Part shown: positions 1-11,767 of the stretch, piece after piece
How the letters are laid out: the number at the start of each line of letters is the position of its first letter
Position numbering within the stretch: position 1 is the first letter of the stretch
Assembly (NCBI RefSeq): GCF_006345805.1
Contig: NC_042999.1
Location: 58,218,001-58,282,000, forward strand
DNA: 64,000 nucleotides
Source: Octopus sinensis
Lineage: Eukaryota
Direction of reading: 5' to 3'
The notes under the pieces: generated by a model
Told to the model about the DNA's origin: nothing
What the model saw: the letters and a program-made list of their open reading frames with translations, nothing else
Database searches by the model: none
Program-made: the position numbers and the translations under genes

Positions 1-793
1 TTGCGCGCCAATATGCAACCCAACCAATCGCAGCCTTCTGATAAGGTCACGCGAAACAGTCTCTTCTAAACATCAGTTTGCGCCGATTGCTCCCTATAAA
101 ACTTCAGCGACATATCGAGTCGATGTCTTTCGGTTCCAGACTTTCTGAGGTCTAACCACTGACCACACAGGACGCAGCCAATTCCAGCGACGACACAACA
201 GCAGCCACATGGAGACTCGTCAACTTTGTTCAGCAGCATTCAGGACCTCCATCTCTGTTGTCAGCATTCATCCTAACATCAACATCGCCTGTCTACGTAC
301 ACAGCAGCCAGCAACCCTCGCACAGGTTCTATCTCCTCACTGTTTGTGAATTACTTCACCATGGTTAACAGTAAATACAACCTGCGAGAACTCCTGTAAC
401 AAGTGACCATCGGCAGCAGCATCGTAGCCCCAAATTCTTGTACGACATGTACATCAACCGGCTCTGCTTCACCACAACTTCTTGTTACAGCACTTCAACT
501 ATCGTGTACCTTGACTACGAACTGGTTTTATCATCCTTATGTCTGAACATTCCTCTAACGTCATATTATAGACTCTTTCAATGCTACATGACAGCCTGTC
601 TATTATTATATATGACGCATACACACACATGTTAACAGAAAAATAAAATCTTCTCTTAAACATTCTACTCGGTTGTGTCTCTCTTTTCCTTCTGGCATTT
701 ATACTCATTTATCCTTTTCGCATTTATTGTATCGACCGTGTGGTGTACTAAAGGAGCCATTCTCATCACCTCTCCTTCGCACGGTCGTTTACA
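1..793 (+). mobile_element. Possible LTR (solo or 3' LTR), cut by the window edge
   Basis: CCAAT at 8 and 24, TATAAAA at 95-101, AATAAA at 642-647, T-rich downstream tract, and an end in ...GGTCGTTTACA (793) before composition turns AT-rich. No partner LTR or internal ORF seen. Confidence 0.35.
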
Positions 794-1066
794 AATTCAT
801 GAAAATTTCAAAGGAAAATAAACAATACGTTATTCACCAAGGAAGATAGTCTATGCTTAGATAAAGAACTCATTGAAATAGAATAAGCCTGGTGTTAAAT
901 TTTTCTATCTCTGTGTGGAATCTTAGTGGATCAAGTATGGGACCAGTAAATACACCCGATTACTGCATCTCAGAGTTTCGGAATTTGCCAATCTATTCGA
1001 AACGTGGGTAAGCTGATTAAATAATATGTAATTCTCCATTCTTTTGTGCTTTACTCACTCTCTCCC

Positions 1067-1109
<43 letters not shown>

Positions 1110-1112
<3 letters not shown>

Positions 1113-1651
1113 AGTGTTTAATAAAATGAAGTAGCATGAAACAATTGTACTACTCTACCTTGGATATACTTGTTGCTTATTTTGATTATAATCACCCCAT
1201 TTGATTTATATGGATAATACCATACAAAATTCTGGTGCCTTTGCTTATATATATATATATATTATATATATATATATATAAGTTCAGCAACATTTAGATT
1301 CAGATGAATATGGTACTTAAGTCAAAGGCACCAGAATTTTGTATGGTATTATCCATATAAATCAAATGGGGTGATTATAATCAAAATAAGCAACAAGTAT
1401 ATCCAAGGTAGTGTAGTACAATTGTTTCATGCTACTTCATTTTATTAAACACTGTAAGTATTACGTCAGTTTTAAAATGTCGAGCAATCTTCAGCCACTT
1501 ACAGAATTTTCCAATCCAACGGACAATGCACATTCTTATCCCTTGAAGATTGCTCGACATTTTAAAACTGAGATAATACTTAGTGTTTAATAAAATGAAG
1601 TAGCATGAAACAATTGTACTACTATACCTTGGATATACTTGTTGCTTATTT

Positions 1652-1654
<3 letters not shown>
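1110..1654. repeat. Triple fold-back of a Penelope-type terminal repeat fragment between (TA)n arrays
   Basis: 1110-1243 is the reverse complement of 1323-1455, and 1381-1494 is the reverse complement of 1543-1654. A few substitutions differ between copies. Confidence 0.85.
1413..1498 (-). ncRNA. Type I hammerhead ribozyme motif, family H3
   Basis: Minus strand reads GTGG-CTGAAGA-TTGCT...AGCAT-GAAA-CAATTG-TA-CTAC. Stem I is GTGG/CTAC, stem II TGCT/AGCA closed by U.U, helix III is the palindrome ACAATTGT, and the triplet is GUA. Confidence 0.6.
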
Positions 1655-1746
<92 letters not shown>

Positions 1747-1849
1747 TACAATTAAGGGCTCCTAAATAAAGATGCCGAGTGCTGGGAACACAAAAAGGGG
1801 ATGAATTTATCGAGAGTGAAAATCAAAAACGTTTACCGATAACTTTAAC

Positions 1850-1925
1850 AACTCGTACCGCGGTTTCTGCTTCTTTCTAGCAAAACACAGAATGTGTTTG
1901 CTAAGGCCAGCTTCATCAGCGAGTC
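1850..1925 (-). ncRNA. Type I hammerhead ribozyme motif, family H1 copy 1
   Basis: Minus strand reads GACTCG-CTGATGA-AGCT...(TAGCAAACACA/TGTGTTTTGCTA hairpin)...AGCA-GAAA-CCGCGG-TA-CGAGTT. Stem I is GACTCG/CGAGTT, helix III is the palindrome ACCGCGGT, the triplet is GUA, and there is an A.A apposition at the base of stem II. Confidence 0.7.
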
Positions 1926-2292
1926 GCCTAAATTTAATCGAGGTCTGCAGCGATGTGGGACTGTGTTGAACCCGACTACTAGCAGATCTTAACTTTTCAA
2001 ATCTCTGCGCAGACGCAAAATTTACACGGGCATGCCGGGAAGAATTTTACGAATAAATCCATCATGTGGTATGCGAATATAAACAAGAAGGGTAGTAATA
2101 TTATTTACTACCAGGTGCCCAGCACAAAAGACGAATTAGTCATAAGACAAAAATATTATTCATATAGAAAAATATTATTCATGTAGTTATACAATTAAGG
2201 GCTCCTAAATAAAGATGCCGAGTGCTGGGAACACAAAAAGGGGATGAATTTATCGAGAGTGAAAATCAAAAACGTTTACCGATAACTTTAAC

Positions 2293-2368
2293 AACTCGTA
2301 CCGCGGTTTCTGCTTCTTTCTAGCAAAACACAGAATGTGTTTGCTAAGGCCAGCTTCATCAGCGAGTC
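2293..2368 (-). ncRNA. Type I hammerhead ribozyme motif, family H1 copy 2
   Basis: Appears identical to 1850-1925, shifted by 443 nt. Confidence 0.7.
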
Positions 2369-2588
2369 GCCTAAATTTAATCGAGGTCTGCAGCGATGTG
2401 GGACTGTGTTGAACCCTTTTTGTGTTCCCCTTTTTGTGTTCCCAGCACTCGGCATCTTTATTTAGGAGCCCTTAATTGTATAACTACATGAATAATATTT
2501 TTCTATATGAATAATATTTTTGTCTTATGACTAATTCGTCTTTTGTGCTGGGCACCTGGTAGTAAATAATATTACTACCCTTCTTGTT

Positions 2589-2664
<76 letters not shown>

Positions 2665-2745
2665 AGAGTACTGAATACATACAGCAAAGTTATTTATTTG
2701 GTCATGTACAGTTACTGATTTATTCTGTCACTAATCAGATTTTTT

Positions 2746-2786
<41 letters not shown>

Positions 2787-3156
2787 TTACGCGCGCGCGC
2801 GTCTGTGCGTATGCGTTTGTGTCTTGGTGTGTATGTGTGTACATACGATGGATGTTGTAGAATAGAATATAAATTGCTTATCACAAGTTCTAGCTAGTTA
2901 TTTCACAATCGTTACATATATCACCAATATCCTCTGGAAATGTATGAACATCATAACTCCCGAATCCCCCCCAACTCCTTCGTTCCCTAACTTTAAGACT
3001 ACGCCAAACTCAATAGGACTAATCACTCGTCGATGAATATCCTTGATTAGGTAAAATTCAAGTTATTGCCGTTATTCATCACACTTGCGTGAGATAAATA
3101 AATTACCGATTGCTTTAAATCTATGTTGAAGATTGAGCAGAGTGGAAGTTGAGATA

Positions 3157-3158
3157 AG

Positions 3159-3250
<92 letters not shown>

Positions 3251-3305
3251 AAGTGGGAAAGAAATAGGTAGAGAGAGAAAGAGTGAGTTGGGGAGAGAGA
3301 GAGAA
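3157..3305. repeat. (GA)n microsatellite
   Basis: Direct inspection. Confidence 0.95.
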
Positions 3306-3985
3306 AAAGACAGGGAGTGGGACACAGAAGGATAGAGAATGCTGGAGTAGATTAAGAAAGAGGCGAAGCTTTATTGACGGTATACGATATAATCACTTAT
3401 AACGATCTAGGGACTGAGATACCGCCATTACGACTCCATTGCAACACACAGAGTCTCGTTTCAGTCAGAATTTAAATTGGTGTGATTAACAACATGCTAA
3501 TGTGAAACTGAATTTTTAGTTTTAAGGAAATTATAGAGCTATTTATCAATCCAACCGACTTTTAGCGTTACCGCATTCTCTAAATTACTTCAGATATTAA
3601 TCTACCGATTACAAATTTTGGCGGTGTAGATACAAAGGCTTAAACATTCTAGAACAGGCTTAGGCGATCTTTTTCTGAGAAGCGAACCACATGAGACATG
3701 ACTCATCATGAGGCGGGCTGCATTACTAAACAAGTTCAAAGTAATTTTTCGTTTGGGCATGCCATTCAGAAAATGCTGCAGGTTGTTGATTGCCCATGAC
3801 TGGTCTAGAACAATAATCTCCTTTCTCTTTGAATCTGTGGATCCAACCTTCACACCAAAGATACCTCATTGATACTTTCGATGGCAGTCATTGCATTATT
3901 TCACACGTGGTGAAATATTTTATTTATTTTTTTTTTTTTGTTAAACGATTGATATTTTTCATTCGCAATATATCTCTGTATATTT

Positions 3986-4190
3986 AAGGCAGCGAGCTGG
4001 CAGAATCGTTACCGCGCCGGGTAAAATGCTGAGCGACATGTCGCTCATCTTCACGTTCTGAGTTCAAATCCCGCTGAGTTTGACTTTGCCTTTCATCCTT
4101 TCGGGGTCGCTAAAATAAGAACCAGTTGAGCAATGTAATCGACTTACCCCTCACCGAAATTGCTGGCCTCGTGTCAAAATTTGAAATCAA
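3986..4190 (+). mobile_element. SINE family A (AAGGCGGCGAGCTGGCAGAA... head)
   Basis: Same sequence recurs at about 8826, 9045, 14470, 15120, 15640(-), 32987, 34730(-), 34910(-), 58800(-) and 63920(-). It has a B-box-like GAGTTCAAAT. Confidence 0.85.
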
Positions 4191-4537
4191 TATATCTACA
4201 TTTTAATTTTTTAAAAAATTTTCGAAAGAGAAACATGATTCTGTTTTTACCCTATAAGCTCCACCCTATTCAAAGAAGACCGAAAGCGAAATTTACAGAA
4301 TTTGTTTGCCAGGAATATGCAGACATGGCTGTGGGATCAACAAACTTTCGGATTTCGTTTCCTTGTGTAGCACTATGGACAAATGTCTTCTACTGTAGTC
4401 CCAGGCCGACCAGTGCCTTATGAGTGAATTTACTAAACGGAAACTGTGTTGAAAGCCGTCGTCATTTCAATATATGTCCCCGTGTGTATCGTTGGCGATT
4501 TTCTTTCTCCGTCTTCCTTTCTTTGAACTTTTTCTGT

Positions 4538-4572
4538 ATTTCTGACGAAGAGCTCCGCTCGAAACGTGAAAT
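4538..4572 (+). ncRNA. Ultra-minimal hammerhead motif, family H4 (probably inactive copy)
   Basis: ATTT-CTGACGA-A-GAGC-TCC-GCTC-GAAA-CG-T-G-AAAT. Stems I and II pair, but residue 17 is G, which violates the NUH rule. Confidence 0.55.
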
Positions 4573-4607
<35 letters not shown>

Positions 4608-4632
4608 CACATACATGCATGCACACGTACGC

Positions 4633-4673
<41 letters not shown>

Positions 4674-4884
4674 ACACACACACACACATATACACGTGTA
4701 TATAAAAGTTAAATCAAGCTTGTTATTCTAAAGCAAGAATAACAGTAGAAAGCTTACTGATGGCGAAACTCAACATGGAAACTTTAAGTTTCACCTCCTC
4801 AACCAACTGGTTAAATAAATAGTCATACGAAATTTAATAACCTAGTCAAAACAAATTTTCTAATATATATATATATATGTGTGT

Positions 4885-5205
4885 GTGTGTGGTAAAAAGC
4901 TTACTTTTCAACCATATGGTCCAGGGTTCAGACCCACTGCATGGCACCTTAGGCAAGTCTCTTCTATAGCTTCGGGCCGACCAAGTGGATTTGGTGGAAG
5001 GAAACTAAAAGAAGCCCGTAGGTATGTATCTGTGTGCGTGTGTCTTTGTGTCTATTTGTCCTTCCATCACCGTTTGACAACCGGCGTTGGTGCATTCACG
5101 TCCCCGTAATTTAGCGGATCGACAAAAGAGACCGGTGGAATAAGTACTCAAGGCGGTGCTCCAGCATGGCCGCAGTTAAATTACAGAAAGAAGTGAAAGA
5201 ATGAA
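4885..5205 (+). mobile_element. SINE family C
   Basis: GGTTCAGACCCACTGCATGGCACCTTAGGCAAG...GAAACTAAAAGAAGCCCG...TCCAGCATGGCCGCAG recurs at 24275(+), 20803-21171(-), 17945-18207(-), with end fragments at 9290 and 58235. Confidence 0.8.
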
Positions 5206-5335
5206 AGAATATATACACACACATGGACACGCACATATGCGTGTGTATATATACAGGGTGCATAAGGTATTTGATGACATGTCTTTTTTTGGTCATTGCT
5301 GCATTTTTGCTAACTCTGTATAATCTTTGTTTCAG

Positions 5336-6330
5336 AAAATAATAATGGCAGACCTTCAGCTTATTCAAGAAATGAAGAAGCATGTGGTTTTAAAGGCTGA
5401 CCATAGAAATTTAGAAATATCTCGATTTTTAAAAATTGCCGGATCTTTCATCTATAAAATTTGTATGGAGCTAGAGACTGAAGATGGAAACGTATCACCA
5501 GTATCACAGCATAAAAAGCATTCTAAAATTCTAAACGCTCCGAAATCATCAGAGCACTTGAATTTATCCAGCAAGTTCAACAGACCATTGATTACAATCC
5601 CAGAAACTCCATGAGGTCAATTGCAAAAGATCAGAAATGTTGCCCTCGAAGGCATCAGATATAAGTCTTATATGGTGAGGAGAGGTCAATTTGTCAGAAA
5701 AAACAAAAGAAAATATCTACATCAGATCTAAAAGGTTTTTAAACAAACTGAAAAATCCAGCAGAAGATTCGATTTGGTTTTTCTCAAACGAGAAAAACTT
5801 TGATCAAGATCAAAAAGTTAACAGAGAAGGTGACAGATGGTTATGTGCAGACCCTTCTGAAGTTCTAAGTGTTATGCATACAAAATTTTCTGCAACTGTC
5901 ATGGTTTTAGAGGTTGTCAGCAATGAAGGACATGTGATGCCTCCTTACTTCTTTCCACAAGACCTTAGAGTTAACTCTGTCGCCTACACTGAGATCCTAG
6001 AAATAATTGTTAAGCCCTTAATAGATAGTGTATGTAATGGAAGGTCATATGTGTTTCAGTAAGATTCTGCACTATCACACATGGCTCTAGTAACACAGGA
6101 ATGGATGGCTGAAAATTTTCATGATCGCATAACCCCTAACATTTTGCCTCCTAATTCCCCAGATCTCAATTCATTGGACAATTACATGTGGAGCGTAACG
6201 CCAAAGATTTTTTGAAAGCTGTCACAGTCAGAGTAATGTCCAGAAGGAACCAGGACCACTTGATTCGAGCATATAGATTATTTAAATCTCATACAGAAGC
6301 AGTTGTTGAAGCTGAAGGTAGCTTTATTGA
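5336..6330 (+). pseudogene. DD37D transposase pseudogene
   Basis: WFFSNEKNF...VFQ*DSALSH...SPDLNSLDNYMW, with 37 residues counted between the second and third Asp. Stops and frameshifts are present. Confidence 0.9.
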
Positions 6331-6426
6331 ATAATATTTTAGAAAAGAAGGTTTATTTTTATCCTCATAGCATTTTTTGATAAATAAAGCTATCATCTGT
6401 TATTATATATCTGTATTTTTATAAAC

Positions 6427-6687
6427 GTGGAGGCGCGTAGCTTAGTGGTTATGGTGGCAGCATCATGATCGTAAGATTGTGGTTTCGATTCCTGGACTGG
6501 GCGACGCGTTGTGTTCTTGAGCAAAACACTTCATTTCACGTTGCTCCAGTCCACTCAGCTGGCAAAAACGAGTAACGCTGCGATGGTCTGGCGTCCCGTA
6601 CAGCTGGGGAACACATGCGCCATAGAAACCGGGAAACAGAGCCCATGATCCTGGCTAGGCTTTAAAAGGGCGCATGTATTTATTTAT
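6427..6687 (+). mobile_element. tRNA-derived SINE family B variant nested in the maT element
   Basis: A box (TAGCTTAGTGG), B box (GGTTTCGATTCC), (TTTA)n tail and 13-bp TSD TATTTTTATAAAC (6414-6426 / 6688-6700). Confidence 0.9.
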
Positions 6688-7039
6688 TATTTTTATAAAC
6701 ATGAATCTGTCCTCAAATATCTTACGCACCCTGTATACTTATCCATGCATACACACAAGCACATATATTAAATGCGAGTGTTTCCTTTTACCTAAACATA
6801 TTTACAATGCATAGGTTAACTGAATGATAAGATAGGAGATACTTGCCGAATATGGAATGCTGCTCGGTGAAATCGAAACCGGAACCACGTGGTTACAAAA
6901 CGAAAGCCTCAGTCATAAACCATGCAAACGCTCATTTCTAGGGAACGCATTTAATGATCTCTGCATTAAATATGTTAACAGAAATTTAACTGAAATAACA
7001 TGTGTTAGAAATACTAGTTTCGTCTTTTGTGTATGTGTG

Positions 7040-7314
7040 TGAGTGAGTATATATTATGTGTGTGCGTATATATATACATACATACATATATATATATATA
7101 CATATATATTATATATATATGCATATATATATACATACTATATACATATATATATATATTATATATATATATATACATATGTATATATACATATATTATT
7201 ATATATACATACATATATATACACATATATATATATACATACATATATATATACGTATATACATATATATATATACATACATATTTATGTACATATATAC
7301 AAATATATATATAC

Positions 7315-7346
<32 letters not shown>

Positions 7347-7350
7347 ATAC

Positions 7351-7383
<33 letters not shown>

Positions 7384-7706
7384 CATACATATTTATGTAC
7401 GTATATACAAATATATATATACATACATATTTATGTACGTATATACAAATATATATATACATACATATTTATGTACGTATATACAAATATATATATACAT
7501 ACATATTTATGTACGTATATACAAATATATATATACATATATATATAACAAATATATACAATATACATACATACATACATATATATATATACATACATAT
7601 ATATGTACATACATACATATATATATATACATACATATATATGCATACATATATATATACATACATACACATATATACATACAATATATATACATAATAT
7701 ATATAC

Positions 7707-7753
<47 letters not shown>

Positions 7754-7800
7754 CATATATATATATACATGCCACATAATATTACATATATATATATACA
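7040..7800. repeat. Compound (TA)n/(TACA)n microsatellite with ~30-bp higher-order units
   Basis: Repeated ATATTTATGTACGTATATACAAATATATATATACATAC units at 7385-7540. Confidence 0.95.
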
Positions 7801-7890
7801 TAATAATGAGGGTGAAATTAATTATTGAATATTATCAATACACCAAGTAGTCTTCGGCATGTAAAAGCCTCATTGAGGAAAATTAAGTAA

Positions 7891-8072
7891 TACTAGCATA
7901 GGGTCAGCAACGAATGCCTTACCACATACCGAATTTAGAAATAGCAGTCAAAGGTTATAGCTATAACCCTTTGACTGCTATTTCTAAAGGGTTATAGCTA
8001 TACCCTTTGACTGCTATTTCTAAATTCGGTATGTGGTAAGGCAATTCGTTGCTGAACCCTTATTGCTTAGTA
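7891..8072. repeat. Fold-back palindrome with nested central duplication
   Basis: TACTAGCATAGGGTCAGCAACGAATGCCTTACCACATACCG... and its reverse complement. The centre AAAGGGTTATAGCTATA(A)CCCTTTGACTGCTATTTCTAA occurs twice. Confidence 0.85.
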
Positions 8073-8775
8073 TATATATATACATATATATTTATGTGTG
8101 TGAGTGACTGCGTGTGTGATTGTATGTGTGTTTTCTCGATTTTTTTAAAATTTTTAGATTTTTAGACTTTCTTTTCTCAAGAACGAAAGAATCTTTTTAT
8201 TTTCTTTTTATCTTCCCTGTTTATTTAAAATATTCATTTTATTTGTTATTTCTATTTATTATTCTTTCTTTTTTTTTTTACGAGTTTTGTCTCACCTACC
8301 TTTTCAACGATAACATATACAACTTTATCGTTGGTCTACCAAGGGAAAATAACCTAGACTAGTTGGTAACCTATTTTCGTAAAAAAAAATGTGATGAGGT
8401 GAAACGGAGGTAGAGAAATAGGAGTGACACCATGGCGTTTTATCTTCTGTTCTAAGTTAATTTTCTTAATGGTATTAAATAAATAATAGCTTTCTTCTAT
8501 ATTTACTAACAAATACGAACCAGCATAAATAATTAATGCTAAACTAGAAATTCGGCAACGATAAAGACGTTTTTTTTTTTATCGCTACGATCTTTTTTTT
8601 CTGTCCTTTTCCGTTTTCTTTTCTTCTGTTTTTTTTTTTGGTTTGATTTTAATTTCTTACCTCTTTTATTATCTGTTACGAAAATGTCTGGAGTTTCTTC
8701 TTCTTCTTCTTCTTCTTCTTCTTCTTCTTCTTCTTCTCCTCCTCCTCCTCCTTCTCCTCCTCCTCCTCCTCCTTC

Positions 8776-8818
<43 letters not shown>

Positions 8819-8825
8819 ATTATTG

Positions 8826-9240
8826 TGAAGGCGACAAGCTGGCCGAATAGTTAGCATGTCGGGCAAAGTGTTTAGCTGCAGTTCGTCCGTGTCTATGTTC
8901 TGAGTTCAAATTCCGCCGAGGTCGACTTTACTTTTCATTCTTTCGGGTTCGATGAAATAAGTACCAGTTGACAACTGGGGTCGATGTAATCGACCAGCCT
9001 CATCCTCGCAAATTTCAGGCCTTGTACCTAAAGACGAAACGATTATGCCAGCTCGTCGCTTGCATAATCGCTAGCATGCTGGAGAAAATGCTAAGCAACA
9101 TTTCGTCCGTCTTTACGTTCTAAGTTCAAATTCTTTTCATTCTTTTGGGATCAATGAAATAAGCATTAGTTAAGTGCTGGAATTTGTGGTTTCAACTGGC
9201 CCCCTACCTATAAATATTGCTGTACTTGTGCCAAAATTTT
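8826..9240 (+). mobile_element. Two tandem degenerate SINE A copies
   Basis: Similarity to 3986-4190 and 32987-33212. Confidence 0.75.
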
Positions 9241-9389
9241 AAAGAATTATTATTAATATTGTGAACATATTTTCTTTAAGTGAAATTGTATATATATTTT
9301 TTTCTGTAGTTTCTGCTCAGAGCTGCGGCCATGCTGATGCACCACCGTTAAAAGCAAGATACGTACGGGTTCCTGGGGAGGGGGGGGGT

Positions 9390-10166
9390 GAAACAAACCA
9401 GCATCCTCTTGACACTGCACTTCACTTGAAGCGCATCTTTCGGGCGTGGTAACATTGAATGCTTCTATTGACCTGATTGCTGCTTCGTTTCTGGGTCGTA
9501 GCCATAGCAGCAGCTTTTGTCACTAGTGATGACCTTTGAAAAAAAGGTCTGGATCAACTTCTAACCATTCTTTCAGTTCACGACACGCATTCAGTAGTGA
9601 CTGCTTTTGATCTTTCGTGAGCAAGCGGGGCACAAATTTTGCTGCAACTCTTTTCATTCGCAATTTTTCGCTCAAAATTCATTGGCTGGAGCTCCAGGGC
9701 ACACCAGTCATATCAACAAGTATGTCAATTGTTCGGCGACAGTCCTCTAAGATCCGTTCACGAATTTTCGTGACGTTTTCATTCGTTCGGAAAGTCGACA
9801 GTGGCCCTGAACGAGGTTAGTCTTCAAGCGACAAGGGACCATTCCTAAAACGTGAAAATCACTCGTAAACTCGTGTTTTGCTCAAGGCAGCGTCCTTGTA
9901 AGCTGTTGGAAGTATGACAACTGTTTCGGTCGCCGTTTTCCCCAGCAGAAAACAATTTCTCGGAAGCACGCTGTTCCTATATTTCAGCCATCACAAAGAT
10001 CGACGAACAGGGGAGAAGCACTGCAAAACAAAGACTTAACCGGGCTCCGACGGTCGGCAGAATGATGATTGAGGGTCGCATTAAGTGGCTTTTGGCGACG
10101 AAAGCCTGAACTACAACGAGCTTGTCCCACAGAGAACGATTCCGGTTACTTTTGGGTACCCCCTCG
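9390..10166 (-). mobile_element. 5' half of a mariner element (irritans-like), degenerate
   Basis: TA-CGAGGGGGTACCCAAAAGTAACCGG TIR at 10166. Frame fragments read MAEI..EQRA, AYKDAALSKTRVYE, PRSG, KRVAAKFVPRLLT and YGYDPETKQQS. Confidence 0.85.
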
Positions 10167-10183
10167 TATATATATGTGTGTAT

Positions 10184-10216
<33 letters not shown>

Positions 10217-10309
10217 TACATGTATGTATACATGTAATGTAAAGAGAATAAGCAAAAAATAAATCAAGATGTACATATGAAAATAGAATGAATATACTTC
10301 TAAATCTGG

Positions 10310-10730
<421 letters not shown>

Positions 10731-11229
10731 TAATGTGTATGTATGTGTGAGTGTGTATGTGTGCGTGTGTGTATGTGTGTGTAAGACGAGATAAAAAAAT
10801 ATGTATATGTTAGTGCGTGCGTCTGTATGTAAGTGTGTGTACGTAGGGCGAAAGGTAGTTGACATAGCAGTCGCAAGTCAGTGGTCAGTGGTAAAAGGAG
10901 GAAGGAGGGAATGGGTGGGGGCGTATGTACGTGCCGTGTGTGTGTTGGGTTGTAGTGTGTGTCCAGTGTGCGTAGTTGTATGTATGGCAAGTAAATTTGA
11001 AGTGTGTGTAAGTGTAATGTATATATATATGCAAATGTGTGTGTGTGAGTGCGTGGGAGTGGGTGTATGTATGTGTGTGCGTGTGTGTACAAAAAGTGGG
11101 GGTATTAAGGAAACAAACTGCAACTGAGGGAAAGATGGAAAAGTGCTCCCGCGGTGACAGGCGTAAGAGAAACCCAAGAAACACGCCGGCCCCAGATACG
11201 AACAAGAGATCTAGTCGGAACCCACGGGC

Positions 11230-11714
11230 GTGGTGCATGCATGCGTGTATGCGTGCGCGAACGCGCACATGCATGTATGTGCGCGCGCCTGCGAGTGTGT
11301 GTGTAAGTATGTGTGTGTGTGGATGTGTGAGTGTGTCTGTGTGTATGTCTGGGTGTCAGTGTGTCCGATTGAATGTATGTAAGTATGTGTATGTATATGT
11401 GTGTGTATAGATGTATGTCCGTGTGTATGTGTGTGTGTATGTGTATGAGTGTGTATGTATGTACGTGTGTATGTGTGGAAGTGTGTGTATGTGCATGTGT
11501 GTGCGCGTGCATGCGAGTGTGTGAGTAAGTGTGTGTGTGTGTATGTATGTGTGAGTGTGTATGTCTGTGTGTATAGGATGTATGTATGTGTATGGGTGTA
11601 TGTATGTGTGTGTGTATGTATGTATGTGTACGTGCGTGTGTGTGTGTGTGTATGCATGTATGCGTACATGCGTGTAGGTGTGCGCGTGTGCATGCATGCA
11701 TGCATGTGCGTATG

Positions 11715-11764
<50 letters not shown>
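11230..11764. repeat. (GT)n/(GTAT)n low-complexity tract
   Basis: Direct inspection; explains many overlapping spurious ORFs. Confidence 0.95.

Positions 11765-11767
<3 letters not shown>

Larger units (their letters stand above)
1746..2594 (-). mobile_element. Non-coding Penelope-pLTR / retrozyme-like element (443-nt period, plus inverted segment)
   Basis: Direct repeat 1746-1973 = 2189-2416 (offset 443). 2427-2594 is the reverse complement of 2077-2243. Each direct repeat carries a hammerhead motif, and the element is flanked by (TA)n. Confidence 0.7.
5254..6733 (+). mobile_element. Full-length degenerate Tc1/mariner element, DD37D (maT) type
   Basis: TIRs CAGGGTGCATAAG / CTTACGCACCCTG with TA on both sides (5252-53, 6734-35). 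Carries a transposase remnant and a nested SINE. Confidence 0.9.

Noticed and set aside
3602-3853. 83-aa minus-strand ORF (IIVLDQSWAINNLQHFL...)
   Set aside because: No recognisable family and no clear splice signals; cannot be supported without a search.
7014-7828. Long ORFs rich in Y/I/H/T/C/V (also at 10.8-11.9, 33.1-33.9, 37-38.2 and 62.8-63.3 kb)
   Set aside because: Translations of (TA)n, (CA)n and (TATG)n microsatellites, which lack stop codons by composition.
8385-8410. GTGATGAGGTGAAAC
   Set aside because: No C3 and no stem II; a chance match.
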